Source of the DNA: Klebsormidium nitens
Lineage: Eukaryota > Plantae > Klebsormidiophyceae
Length of the DNA: 64,000 nucleotides
Direction of reading: 5' to 3'
Assembly: GCA_000708835.1 (NCBI GenBank)
Contig: DF237432.1
Location: 6,108 to 70,107 of the forward strand
This document shows positions 12,363 through 26,100 of this stretch, one piece after another. Position 1 is the first letter of the stretch; every line of letters starts with the position of its first letter. The notes beneath the pieces are model-generated. The model was not told where the DNA came from and made no database searches. It saw only the letters and a list, made by a program, of their open reading frames with translations. A program made the translations under genes and the position numbers.

Positions 12363-15300
12363 CTAGTTCTCTTTTGGCTCAAAGAAGACATTTGTCTTTC
12401 GGAAAAGCGTCTCTCGGATGACCGGCTTCCGCGCATACTCCGGCTTGGCGTAGTTCTGCGTCTTGGCCGTAAGGCCGATGTCTGCATATGCCGTTCTATA
12501 GCCACCCGTCCGCTGCAAAGATGACATGAGAGTCGCGTCAGCGGCGCGAATTCAATTGGCAACCTTGAGATGACAGCAGAGGTTCGCTGCCCGTACGGCT
12601 GCATTGAAAGCGCATTGAAAGCTACAACAGACAGCAGTGTCAAACGTCTGTTTACATCCTCAAGTGGAGACTGTAGCCTTGTGCTTTTTCAAGATAGTTC
12701 CGCATCTTATCTTCTCAAACGAAGGGGCCAGAACATGGAGTGATGAGATGCGACTTCAGACCCGGATCTTTCTTATCAAAGATGCAGACGGCTTATTTTT
12801 TCCAACAGAAAAATCGTTGCTCAGGAAGCTCTGTGAATTACGCAGATGAGAGATTGGTTGGCAGGTCCGACGCAAAAAGCTGCAACATGATTCTCAATTC
12901 TTTCCTCACCTTCTCAATTTCCGTGTTGTTGTTACAGTACGCCGCTCTGTGCGGGCAGTAGAAAGTGTCCCGGTGGCATTTGGTACAGGCCTCCGTCACC
13001 GCCTCCCGCCCGACGTCGAACAGGTACTCTGGCCCCTCGAACTGCGCGCGCGGCCGCGACAGAGCGTTTAGGGCCGGGGTTTTGAGGAACTGACACAATG
13101 CCTGAAGCGGCTCTTGGAAACTTCGGTGGGAGACCGACACAAAGAAAAACTGAGACCGGCCGTTTCTGTCTGCAGATTTGCGAGTCTTAAGGCGTGCTTC
13201 GCGCTGAAATCACCAAGAAACTGGTCTACTGATCTTTCCGTTTGAGGAATGCCACTTCAAACATGTAGACCTTACTGATTACACGGCAACCAAAGATAGA
13301 GTCCAGTGGCCCACGTACTCTACTCTGCTCTTCTCATCCTTGCTCGCGGGTTCTTTGTTCGGCAAGAAAACAATTGAAGCAATGGGAGCATATGGCCACG
13401 TACCCTGCTCTTCTCTTCCTTGCCGTAGGTGCTCGCAAGCTCGCTCTGCAGCGCCTGCAGCCGCGCGTGCGCCTCCGTCCCCTGGAGGTTCTCCAGCGCC
13501 TTCTTCGTCACCTTGATCTCTTGCTGCGCGCCACGTGGCAGAAGCGAGCGTCAGCTTTCTGCCACGTGGAGTCGTATTGGTGGCTCGGCGACAGAGTGAC
13601 TGGACGGGTCAGACTCAGCATACGAGGCTCGAATCTCGAGTAACTGGTTTGGTGTTGGTCTGCTTTCGAAATATGATCTAGCATCTGAAGCTGACGTAAC
13701 GAAGTCATCTATACTCAAACCGCTGAAGGGCAATGTGACGAAACCTTCGAGTGCCTTTCCCAAGGAGCTGGTGAGATATTTTCAGTCGCAGCTCACGGAC
13801 ATTGACTTCGGATTAAAGCTGTCCCATTTTGCGCACCCATTCACGTATTGCTGTGCCTACAGATTTTTGTCGACCTTATTGAGATGCGTAAGCTAAACGG
13901 TTCGACTTTAGAGTGTGAGTTTCAGCTTCGGCGCCTGAGCATTTCAAAAATGAGCCATCCCAAACGCAGTGACGTTCTGATGTTCCAGGGCTCCTGGTTT
14001 CACTCTCTTCATAAAACGTTAGCTCAGTCACCTTCTGACTACTGAATTGCAGCTGCTCTGGCTTGTTTTCTTTCTCAAGTCATTTGACCATTTGAATAAC
14101 GGTGGAGCTCCAAAAAGCGTCTAATGCTGCTGCTTTCCTTTGACCCTCTGAGCCTTGCGCTTCTTGTTATTGTCGTCCATACGATCTCAGCTTCTCTATT
14201 TCATTATACCGGGACACTTCATCTAAAAGCTCATCGAAGGAAGCCTCATTCTTGTCTGTACGTCCTGGTAGATCGAACTGCTCTCTCCGCTCCCTTTTCC
14301 AGGAAACGAGATCTCGTTACTCAGCCTTACCCGCAGCTGTGTCCGGTACTGCTCCACACGGATGGTGCTCGTGAACTCGTCGCGCTTCATAAAGTCCCCT
14401 GTCCAGAACCCCACCTTCTTTTCCTGTCCACGGTATGTGATCTTGTCCTCGTACTTGGCCCCCTGGAGGAATGAGACTAGGGCTCAATGACTAGGCGTTA
14501 GCCTCAAGGAGAGGATAGGGCCCTCAGCCAAGCAGCTAACGTTGAACTGAGATAGTATGTCAAGAGCAGATTCCATGGTCGAGGATAAGGAGCCTCTATT
14601 GACGCTTGATCGATGATCGGACAATCCGGATGCTGACATTTCAATGTATATGCGAAAGTTGATCCTCAGCTGTTCAACCCGGTGCTTGGGTCAATTGAAT
14701 AAAGCCGTTTCAAGAGCGCCGTTTCAGTTGAGTGCTGCAGCCTGACTGAGTACAATAAGTACCCTTGCCTCTGAGGCTTCCCAGGACAAAGCATCGGGCT
14801 GAAAACATCAACTCGAAAGGAAGGAGACAACAGTGATCAACTCATGCTGTGCCGGACTTTTGGTAAACGAAAAAACAAAGTCGATTGCATTTATCAAGTA
14901 GAAGCCGGCTTGAGTTCTGGTTGTTTCTGAGCAAGCAGACTAGAAAGAAAGAAGCCTTACATCTGCTATCCACAAGTGCTTCTTGTCGAAGTATGTGTCC
15001 ACTGTTTTACCCTCCTTGGGAGGCTGTGTCAGAAACTGCTTTCCCTTGTAGCAAGACCGATAATCTGCAGCAAAGCAATGCTATGTGAGATAAAGACTTA
15101 CACCTTTCCATTCCCATTGTAAGGCCTCTCTCTGTGTTGCAAGGAATATTGGAGGAAATAGCTTGCAAGGTACAAACAAGGTTATTATGCTTAATAGGAA
15201 GTTTCAGCACGAAGCATCCCTTTGGCTTAACCCTGTGTTACAATACAACACATAATAGGAGGAAACATGGAATACTATTTTTTTCAAGGTCAGTGACATA

Positions 15301-15459
15301 TAAAAGTCCCAATGTTTGCCAAGAAGGTGTAAACATTGGGAAACATTCCTCGACCCTGCATTCTCAATTAGTCTTCCTACAAACTTTCTAGTACCACAGA
15401 TCAGAACAAATCAATAGGGGACCGCGTCCTGCTACACTCACTTTCGTGTTGCTCGCCAT
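12363..15459 (-). CDS. Uncharacterised ~215 aa protein, probably flagellar/ciliary-associated (6 exons)
   Basis: Exons 15442-15459, 14763-14798, 14331-14462, 13404-13523, 12910-13101, 12363-12512; all phase 0, GT-AG. Motifs GFWTGDFMKRDEFTSTIRVEQYRTQLRQE, CTKCHRDTFYCPHR, KPEYARKPVIRETLFRKTNVFF. The flagellar assignment is from recollection of similar motifs and is unverified. Confidence 0.75.
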
Positions 15460-18073
15460 AATTGAGAGGCGCATCTTTTGTGCCTATGGAGATGTAACTA
15501 GTGGTGGAAAACACATCCCGGAGCGCCCGCTCCGTCAACATGTTGTGATTCATTTTGGCCCCCTTGCCCGAACCGCACCCTTTAGTCAACGAGCAAAAGA
15601 TGTACAGAGAACTATTCGCTCGCTAATGGTGAAGCCCTGATCAGCCAGCCGTGATTGCCCTTATATTTGGAGTCTCTTCTTGTGCCAATGGTCGCCCTTC
15701 CCAAAACCACACCACCTGGCGGTAGCCTTCTTCTAGCACAGGACACTGAAAGCAGTGGAGATTGCAAGCCACCCTCTAGCGCTCGATCTCTGTGAACTCT
15801 TCACAATGCTACCTCTGGTTCCCTTCGGTCTCTTCCCCTCTCTTTTTCCAGCACATTGCAGGCAGGCCAAACGAATAAGCATTGCATGCGCAAGAAGTCT
15901 GGTTCAATCTTGGCAATCAGACAAGCAGAGTAGAGTATAGTTTCACTTCCAGTGGACCAATGAGCCTGATGTCAACAATGGTGGATCACAACGTCCACAA
16001 TGCTGCGTGCATATGCGAAAGATATGCGAACATGATGTTAGAGACCCTATCTGTGCCAGCATCAGTTGACGAGTCTGACTCGATGTCCAATCAAGACAGT
16101 AGCGCGCTGTGCCGCCCGCGACCTGAGTGAAAAAGATACCGGTGACAAGTTTATCTGACGGCTGTCGGTGACGAGTCATTGGCCAGCGGCCATTCTCGCC
16201 GTCGATATCGAACCGGCCTGATGTGGTCACCGGTCAGTGAGCAGATTCCATGACTGCTCGGCTTCAGGCGGCTATCTAGCTGATGTAGCACCTAGTAGCA
16301 CGCACCTAGGATGGCAGCGAAAAATGGACACGTCAATTTCACTTCAACCATTATATCGGATTTGCTGGTCAATATCACCGTTTCTGCCATTCCAACCGCG
16401 TATGCAAGCATAACTCAACGGATCGGACCAGCGTGCTTACCATTTTGAACCCTTATAACAAGCGTCGGATGCACGAGTCATTGAACAAAAGTAAAGATCG
16501 GGGAATTTAATTCCGAAGACGGTTTCAAGCAGAGTTCAACTTTCAAGACTGATTCGAGGGGATCGATGTACCGGTAGGACTATGGTCGAAATTCTGGACA
16601 GGCTGGACTGAAAAAATTGCAGCAAGTTCCGGGCAAAATATCATACGTATACCGTCAGCCCGCTAGCGACGTAGGTATCGCCAGGGTGGGAGTACCATAG
16701 CCGCGCTAGCTATGGCCCTATTGCGGGGCCCCTCCCCACCACCAGGGGTCGAAGAAAGGGTCCAGGCCCTACGATGTCTGCTGTCTGAACGGGACCCCCG
16801 AATATGAAAGGGGGGGTACCACCTACTAAAAGACATGCAGCAACTTTCAAGTCGATATCAAACCTATATTCCCTGCCCTCCGAGACAGATTCGCTTGATA
16901 CGTACCGGGGTCCTGTGTGTGATATACCTATTGTCTTTGAGTATCGACCGGCTAGAATATGGAATGCATGAAATGTTGAAATGCATACTTTGTTGACATG
17001 CGTAAACCGATAATATGTGCAGCATGCTCCCATAAAACCCTTGGTCCCGTGTTGGTTATCAGCATAAAAGTCTGATACGTGGAGCCGATTTTCGGCATAA
17101 ATTAACAAAATGGCCGTGCATAAGCGGAAGCAATATGTGGAATTTTCGATGAAGTCTGTATAATCTGCATAAAGCGTGCTTATGAGAAGACGTTGTCCAT
17201 TTTCCGGCTCTATAACCTAGGCTATTGCTCTATTGAAGTACCTAGCTACCGTTGAAGAAGCACCAAGAAATCCGGGTGACCCGGCGGGCCAATTGAAGCC
17301 TCAACTGGCAACATGCACGCATGCATGATGGATTCAATCTTGAACACACTTGTGATAGGCAGGCAATCAGCGGGGCCGAACTCAGTGCAGCCGGCGACGG
17401 TCTCAATCGCCGGAGGAATTTCTATTTCAGCATGGTGTATAGGTGTGCGGGCAGCCTGGCGGGCCGCGGCAATGCTCAGCCATGGCTGGAATGTGACCAG
17501 CTGATGCATATGACGCCTCGCTCCCCACTGAGGCCCGAAGTAATACCTGACATAGCGCATGACATTGCTTCACCCCGCACTGGCGCGAGGCCGTTCAACG
17601 CCATGTGGCCACATTCATGTGCAAGGATCATCGAAGCAACCCGTAGATCTATCAATTTGATTGCTGCTTGGACAAGTGTAGCAAATTTAAGATCTCTGTC
17701 GCGCGGTCTAAATGCAGAAACTTTTTTCAAATTGAGGCGGTCGCTCTGCCAAAGGTGCTTTGCAAAGTTACGCCCAGCTAGTTGTACAGCAAGTAGCAGG
17801 CTAGCTAGATGGCGTCCAGTCCTTGACAAGATCGAACATATCCCGCCCCCATACGCACGAGACACCCTATTATCCGAGGTAACACAAAAACTTATATTGT
17901 CAATCATTGTCTTAGCCTACTATACACGTGACCCGCTTGCAAGCACGAAACAAGCTAGAACAGTCTTAGTATTAATACTTAGTAAGATATGAGCAAGCGG
18001 GATAGCGCTATTTGTCTATGATTCGCAGCAGCTTGTAGACGGAAAGTATCGGACCGACTATAAACTACCAGGT

Positions 18074-21000
18074 CTACTTCTGAGGTAGAGGGCTGGGAGC
18101 AGGGCTGGGAGCGGGGGACTTGGTTTCGACCTTGATTTCTAGAAGCGAGTCGATTACGGTCCGGCATACTGGGCAACGGTTCGTCTGATACCGCAAGACC
18201 TTTGCACACTCTCCGCACATGCACTGCACAACGAGCGGACCACTGTAAGCGTCTGGTTTGGAGGTGACTCAAAAGGGTGAACTTTTTCATATAAGTGGCA
18301 AGGTGGAAGAGTTGGCTGCAACCCTTCTCAGCCGCTTTTCAAGCAACTTATTGGTTGAAAAGGCGGACTGTGCCTACAAATTTCTGACGCCACCTCGTAA
18401 CGGAAATAGCTTAGTGTTTTCTGCCAAAAAACGGAACAAACCCCAAAAAAACACCCTATCCCGGTAAAGGACTGTCTCGAACATCTGTCGAGCCTTACTG
18501 GAAAGATACCCCTCGTTTGTTTCAAACTAAATCCCGCAACCCCCGCCCGAATCTCCTCTGCGGAAGAACGGAGCAAACCTCAAACGAACACCCAATCCCA
18601 GGAAGTATTGTCTTCAATACTTAGTCGAACCTTACTATAAGATAGCCTCTCGTTTGTTTCAAAATCAGAACCCTCAACTCCCGAGAAGCAACCTGTCTCC
18701 ATACATAAGAACCCGCTCAAACCCGAGAAGCAACCTGTCTCCATTGATAAGAACCCGCTCAAATCTCCGGCAGAATCTCCATTTCGAGAAGACGAACCAT
18801 AGTTACTGCTTGGACAAAGAAAGAAGAACTCCAAAACTTGACCCCGGCTTATCAGTGAAAGGTCAGCAGTGACGTCAGACACCGCTCACCATATGCCTGC
18901 ACGGCAGGACGGTCGTGTCCCGTGGCTCCGATAGGCAAACAACGCACTCCTTCCCGTGGTCCGTTTCCGAGGTGGCCCCGCTGTTGGACTCAATGCCGTA
19001 GATCTCCTGCAGCTCGTAGCTGACGCCGTCCACCCAGATCTGCACGGAAGAGCAGACTTAGGTGATCGTTTCGTTGTACTTGTGCTCTTACCCTGAGCTA
19101 CAACGTCGTGGTGTGCAGTATGATGCAGCGCTCGTCTCTCTCCGCTCGAAAGTGCATCGGTTGAAACCAAGGATGATGCGAAAATCTAGCAGCTTTTGAG
19201 GTGAACCAATCAGCTGCACAAATCCGGTCCCCGATATGGCGACCAACATTTACTTCCTCGCAAATTGGCCAATCTGACTACCCAAATGTCTAAATCACCC
19301 TCACCTTCTGCCGCAGCACCTTGATCTTGTATCCTCCGTCTTCCTGCTTGATTATCGTCGCATACGTCGTCTGACTCTGCACCCATCGAGGCAGCTTGGC
19401 GCCCGGCGTCGTGTCTGGCGGGGGCGCGTCCGGCGGAGGGTTCTTTGGCTCTGTTTCTAACCTGAATAACGCAGGGCGATTTTTCGAGTCTAGTAAACCG
19501 TGTGAATTTAGACACAGCTTCCCAACGTTCGAGCCCGGGCTCGAATTAACGCACGTATCTGACATGTCTTAAAGCATTCGTACAATAGCTCTTTCCGAGG
19601 TAAAAACATGAAAAGAAGCTCTTTCCGAAATACAGCCAGGAATGAAATGCGCCATCCCGGACAAAACTTTGTCCAATTTAGACACTGATCAGTGAGTTGC
19701 GATGAAGGATAGGGGGACCGTACTGCCTTCAGTGAACTTGCATCCCTTTCTATGCACGATAAGATTAATGGAGGAGGCGCCAGATAGCATCAAAATCAAC
19801 ACGGAGAACACAAAACATCTAAATCACGGCGAACAAAGATATGCACACAGCACCACTGGATGTGCAGCGCAAAGCCCCAGCTGTGAGGAACGCCAAAAGC
19901 CTGGCAACCACCAATCCCTCTTAACACGCAGCTAAATGCTAGCTTTTGGTTCTGCCTTCTGCACTTTGAACAAACAGACCGCAGTCTCAAGACGCATTCA
20001 CTTGCTTTCAAATGAAGCACACTCCAGTTAAACCAGCGGAGCTGGCAGACTGCAGCACTTCAACAAGAGTACCATGCGAGTAGCTGGTCTCCAGAACCTC
20101 ACCTGATGACAAGCGGGTAGACCCCCCCAGGGCCCTCCTTTGACAGCTCCTCTGAGGTGATATCTGAGAGCTTGATTCCAAGTCCTGCGGGTTGTACAAA
20201 CTTCTGGCCTAGCTCCTTTTTGAAAGTAAAGCGGATGGGGGACGGGACGTTAAATCGTACTGAGGTCAGACTGCACGACTCGCCCTCTTTGGCCATCCAG
20301 AGGATGCTGGCACTGCAGGGCAGACAGGGGGTGGCTGTGAGGCGTGCGCTTGATCACTTTGGTGACTTACATTGACCTGAGAAGCATGTGACTTGAAATC
20401 AAAACCTAGGGCTGGGGTTAGTTGAGTGGTTTTGACACGGAGCAAGTCAAACTTGAATCAGGCTGTACAGTTGATGTACCCGGGGTGAACTAGAACTTGG
20501 TTCACACGACCGTAAAGTCACATAAAAGTCACCAGTAATGCTTGTTCTTCGTGGGAGGACTTTGACAAACAAGTAGCTGCACCGTGTCTGAATGATCGAT
20601 ACTACTCCAGCTATGAGACACTTTTGAAAAGGGTTTCTGGTTGCAAGTCATGCTGATGCTAAGCAGAGAGCCAGCAGTAACAGCCAGTGTTTCTGAATCA
20701 GCAGCTGGTTACAGAACTTGTCACATTCCATCCAGCTCAATCCTGACAAGAGCTGATTGGCAAGGGAATTGACCAACGACTGAAGAAGCAAAACAATCAA
20801 TGCTTGCCCCAACGTATGAGCAGATCCACTCGGAAAAATATAGATGAGAAACAAACGAAGCTTGAAATTCTCAGCTCAACCAGCCAGACACTTAGAAGCA
20901 GATCAGTGAAGAAAGCTGAACTTTGATTTCAAGAGGACAGGGTTTTCTCCTCGTTCTGCAAGTGACACCTCCAAGAATATATGGATAATTGAGTAGGAAC

Positions 21001-21582
21001 ACCAGAAACCTTGAGAGCTCCCCTCTCCAGACCTTTCTACAGATCAACCCCAGTCCTCCTATTGGCACTATGATGACATCAGCGATCCCCTCACCTGCCA
21101 GCCAAGGATGCGTCCAGCGAAAACGCAACAAGCCAACACCCAGGGTTCGCTTCGTCCTTTTCCAGCCTGAGAGACTGTTTCTTTAAGTTTACGTCATTCC
21201 TGATGGGCGCCGTCCGCTGGGGCTCCTGCACAGCAACTGGCATGGGAGGGGGGGGCAAGTAACTCTGAGGTGGGGGTCTGATTGCACCCCCCCCGGTATA
21301 GAACTGTCCATTTGTTGGAGGGGGATAGGGATACGGGCTATACGGGTTATATGGAACAGGACCGTAGTAAGGGGCGGCTGCTCTTGGATGAGGGTAAGGC
21401 TGAGGGAAAAATTGGGGGGGCCCAGGTGGAGGCGCGTATGGGTTGTGCCTGGGAGGGGAATTTGGGGGGGCAGTATTAGGGTTTGCCTGACCCTGGGGGG
21501 ATGCCCCGTTGGGGCGTTGTGGTTGTTGTTCAGAGGGCTGCTGCTGCTGAGAGGACTGGTGACGACTTGAACTGGTACCCAT
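18074..21582 (-). CDS. LOG2: LOG2/LUL (Mahogunin-like) RING E3 ubiquitin ligase (5 exons, ~384 aa)
   Basis: Exons 21095-21582, 20103-20312, 19305-19461, 18890-19039, 18074-18223. N-myristoylation-like MGTSSSRH, Pro-rich stretch, [25 protein letters not shown], and [46 protein letters not shown]. Confidence 0.95.
18680..18763. repeat. 42-bp tandem duplication in the last LOG2 intron
   Basis: cccgagaagcaacctgtctccat(ac/tg)ataagaacccgctcaaa x2; flanked by a second dispersed pair cgtttgtttcaaa (~18513, ~18651). Confidence 0.85.
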
Positions 21583-23110
21583 GGCAGAAACCCTGCCCTC
21601 TTACCAAACGACACCCGCTACCTCTGCTTGTTGGACCCTCTCCTTCCTGACCCTCCCCTATGAAACCTGGGCCCTGACGCCCTTAACCATTTTGGCTGAC
21701 CCTAACCCTCGAATCTACCCTGCAGGTGGAGATCAGCAGAAAGCAAACCGAAGCAGGAAACTCCCGGCAAAACCTGAAGAAAACCCTAGACGAACAACTT
21801 CAGGAGCGGGATTGTTTCAACAAGCAGGCTTGATGTGCCCTTGTTTAACGCTCCTTGTGCAGATCCACAAGGTTCCTATGCTGCTTCCCGATGAAGCATC
21901 AACCGCCACAAGAACGAAACCCCGATCTGCCGCCTTTCCTAGGCATCATCCGAGTGCATGGTCCTTCAGAAGTCCTCCCCTCCATGCATTGGCATGCACT
22001 GCCAAAAGTGGCCGCCTCTTTAATTCGGGCGCTCCGCATCTTCCGCAAGGCTGGGAAACTTCGCCAAGACCTTCAAGTTCTAGAAGATCTTGCTGCTTCC
22101 TGATGCCCGGGTGGCTCCTTTGAAGTACACGGTCAAAGGGGTCACCCGGGACCCCGGCCAAGCTAGAAGTTCTGAGCACAGTTCAGTTCCACCTCCAAAT
22201 TGTGAAGGTGTGACTTTCCACCTAATACACCACCTGGGGCCATCACCCGGGCCCCCGATCAAGCTTCCCCGGGCGGGTTGTTTCTTATTCTGCTCGGCCC
22301 GGGCTGGACGCGCTGGAAAGGGAGCGCTCTCGCTCGGGACTTTCAACTTTAGACAGCTTCCAAACTTCAGCTCAGCTTGTCAGCTGCGTCCAATTATGCG
22401 CAGCAATGGTGGTGAAAAGTATCCTAGAAATCGTCTCCTGCTGTTGCTTCGAAAAACTGGTCCAGCCTGATTGTGCATAGCATGGGCCCTCACATGAGCT
22501 CTGTAGCGGCAAGCTGCATCATGAGGTTTCGTTCCGCAAGCGGTGCATAGCGAGAGCCTTTTCATCATAGTGTCGACAGATCCACAACAAGCTTAGCCTC
22601 TTTGGGCGTCCTGGCAGACAAAGATTCCGGTTGAAGAGCTGTGTCTGACTCCAGATCAAGACCTTCAATGAGCTGAGGAGGTTCAGCACACCAGCATTGA
22701 CATGTGAATCAGTACACAGTGCACAACCTTACACCGGCTAAACTCTTCCAGTAAGCAGCCACGAAGGCGTTCTTGCGTAATTGAACCACTACATCTTTCA
22801 GTTACATGATTAGTCATTTGAGCTTTGTGTTTGGCAGTCAAGATCAATCAACTTGAGGCAAGGATACTTGGTGTTGCTGACAAGGCTAAAACCTTGTGCT
22901 TCTTTCATTGCCCTAGAGGAGCATTACGATCACTGGGGCTGACCTTATGAGACGATCACTGCAATTGCGGCGCTGTGAGCATAATCAACATCTGGGGAAC
23001 TACAAGTCTCAGGTCCTTTGTTGCTGGCAAGCTTCTTACTTCCTTCTTCAAACCTCTGCAGGCTGGTGCCTTGTGAGAGGCTCTAGCCCCCCAAAACTTG
23101 CCCCAAGAGG

Positions 23111-26100
23111 ATGAGTGCCTCTGTCGCCCTACAGACTCTGTTGACTCAGACGTTGGGCATAGCAGTGCCGGTCATCAATGCACCGATGGCTGGGAGGCCT
23201 AGTGAGTGCCCTTTGCCCCACCTTGAGAGCACCTACACATTAAATTCCCTTCCCACCTTGAGAGCACCTACACATTAAGTTAAGGGAATTTTAAGGACTT
23301 CAAAGCTCCTTGCACATTTCCACATAAAAAGCTCTACACGCGGACCTTGGTGACTTGTCTGAATCTTAGAAGGTTTAGGGACACTGCTATGGCTAACTGA
23401 AGGCACTGCGAAGATTGGTCAATGGCCATGGTCACCACTCAAGAGCCTATCTAACCTGATTTGCAGACCACAAGTGCTTTGACCAGCCTATCAGGCTCTA
23501 TACTGATTTGGAAGCATATACTAAGAGGAACCAAATAAAAATCCGTTTTAAGGACACTTTTCAAGGTCAGCTTCCAATATCACAGTAGGTCGTTCAACAT
23601 GCCACTCCTACCAGTGGCTTATCACAAGGCCAAGGCCCCCGCAAATTCCTGCATTGATCTTGGCTTTTAGACGCCACACACGTTCTTTGCTTAGTTGATT
23701 TCCTGGGGTTATGTTTACTTCAAGGTCTGTCTCCTCTTCTGATACGTCATCTGCTTCCAACAATCAGAGCCAGCTGCCGGAGCAGAACTAGTGGCGGCCG
23801 TTTTTCTGTATTCCTACATTAACACGTCATCTGCTTCCAACTTTCAGAGCCAGTCGCAGGAGCAGAACTAGCGGCGGCTGTCGCCAGGGCCGGGGGCTTG
23901 GGTCTCATCGGGGCGGCCGCCTGCACTCCGGTGCAACTGACTGAGGAGTTTGTTCAAGCGCAAGCGTTGCTCGGAGCTGGCGCAGACCCGCAACATGCTG
24001 GCATCGGGCTGGGGCTAATCAATGCATTCACCGGCCCGGAGCTTTTGCAGGTCAGGTTCTTGCGTTTGAAGTGCTTCGTTTTGTTCGTCTGCACAAACCC
24101 TGCAGCAAAGCGTCCCTGTGAGAAAATTGAATGGCGAACCTTCTTCTGGACCTCGCTGTAAATGTTTGAACGAGATTGTTTGGTCCGGTGTTCGTCACTG
24201 GCCCCTCCCCAGGACTTTGGACTCGCAAACCTTCGTTTAGACACTTATCTATTGGCTTCAACCAAACTGGTTTGCCAAATGTCTTTGTTAATGAACCATT
24301 CTTCAAACAGGCTGGACTCATTCAAGGACCCTTCTTATCAAAACACACCCGGAGCGTTTCAAAATATTCAGGTCGCCTTCGCGACATCAGCAACCGACTC
24401 TCGTGTTCTGTGATGCTCTAAATCCAGGCTGCCATCGACTGCCAGCCCCGTGCCATCTGGCTCTCCTTCGGTCCATTCAAGGAGCTGGCGCCCCCTATCA
24501 AAGCCGCAGGCATCAAGCTGATCTGTCAGGTGCAAACGCTGGAGCAGATTGGTGACGTGTTGCCACTCGGCGCTGACGTCATCGTAGCTCAGGTGCGCCC
24601 CTCCGTTGCCAGATGAGACACGAACACTGCGCTTAGGAAGTATCGACTTCAGTGCCTCAATTGAATGAGAGCCGACTTGAGGTGAACTCAAGCTTTCCAT
24701 TGAATTGGTCTTTGACTCATCAGTAAAGAAACAAGTCCTGCCTTTGATATCAAATTTTGAGTCTCCTTGTTCTCTGCTTGTCGAATACATCCACATCCAA
24801 ACGGCGTCTCTTTGGGCTCATTCGCACTCCCTAAGACCTCGAGACTTCTCAGGTTTGCACGTGGACCCGTCCGACTTCAGGACAACTGATCCGTTCGAGG
24901 CGTCTCATCTCTACTGCATTCAGGGTCATCTCGTATCTCCTGCTATCAATATAGATCTCTCATCCTTAGAACCCGAAAGGTTGATCATTTGCCTCTGAGA
25001 AAACCAATGGTATCTGTAACACTTGGACATACACTTCAAGCATCGAGTCCTCTGTGCAGTCAATCATCTGGGAAGCCTTGTGGGCATCAGGATCTCGGAA
25101 CCGTTCATCGATGGCAGCAACCCCAGATTCAGCCCTTCCGGTCGTACGATGCCGTTTGCTCATTGTCTCCGCCAACTTCAAACACGGACCCGAAGTTCGC
25201 CGGCGACGTCTCGATTTCACTGTGGGCGTCGCCATTCCCGGATATTTGTTTTGACTCATCTGCCCACAAAAGGACTCTTGTATTTGGAATGCAAAAACTT
25301 GAGTACTACTTCTGTTGAATTGTCTGCGCAGAGTTACGAGTCGGGGGGCCATGGCGCCAGTCACGCTACCACCTTCTGCTTCGTTCCCGAGGCTGTGGAC
25401 TTCGTCCGGGAGCAGTGTGAAAAGGCCGGACGGCCCCCCGTCCCGGTCGTCGCGGCTGGCGGCGTGACCGACAGTCGACAGGTGAGCCTATTCACATCTG
25501 GACAGGTTTTCTGCCCTTTGTGTTGAAAGGCCCGACCATTTGCGTGCTGGTCACTACGGACAGCCGACAAGTGACACCGTCCAATATGGTCAAGGCGATT
25601 GGGCAGTGTAAAAAGGCCGAACGACCGCCCATATCGGTTTCAATACTATAGAAAGGGGGCCAAGATGCCCGACAGGTAAGCTCGACAAAATTTTCGTCCC
25701 CCGAGAGGCTTCTGGTCGCGGTGTGAAGAGGCTAGATTGCTTTCAATGCTCAACTCGATCGCTGCAGCCGTTGCAGACAGCTGGCAGTTGACCGCAGAAC
25801 ACTGCAAGACCTTTGAGTGTGCGTGGTTGCAAACCCGGCTGGTTTGCGTTTCACTTTGAGAGAAAATTTAGATCCGTCTGTAAACTTCAACGCCTTCGCA
25901 TCCTGGTCACTTGAAAAGAATCCTATCGGATTACTTCTTTGAAAGGTCCTTGCAAAGCCGAGCATTCTAGCACCTACTGCATCCAGTTCCTGGTTCTATG
26001 GGTGAAACACATCTGCTCACGCCGATCTCCGAACCACTTCCACCGCTTTGACCCGCCCTGAATCTGACGTTTCCGTTTCCGCTCTCTCCTTTTTCCTTTA

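Noticed and set aside
17321-17992. 223-aa plus-strand ORF
   Set aside because: Lies antisense to the probable LOG2 3' UTR, lacks the host codon bias and has no motifs.
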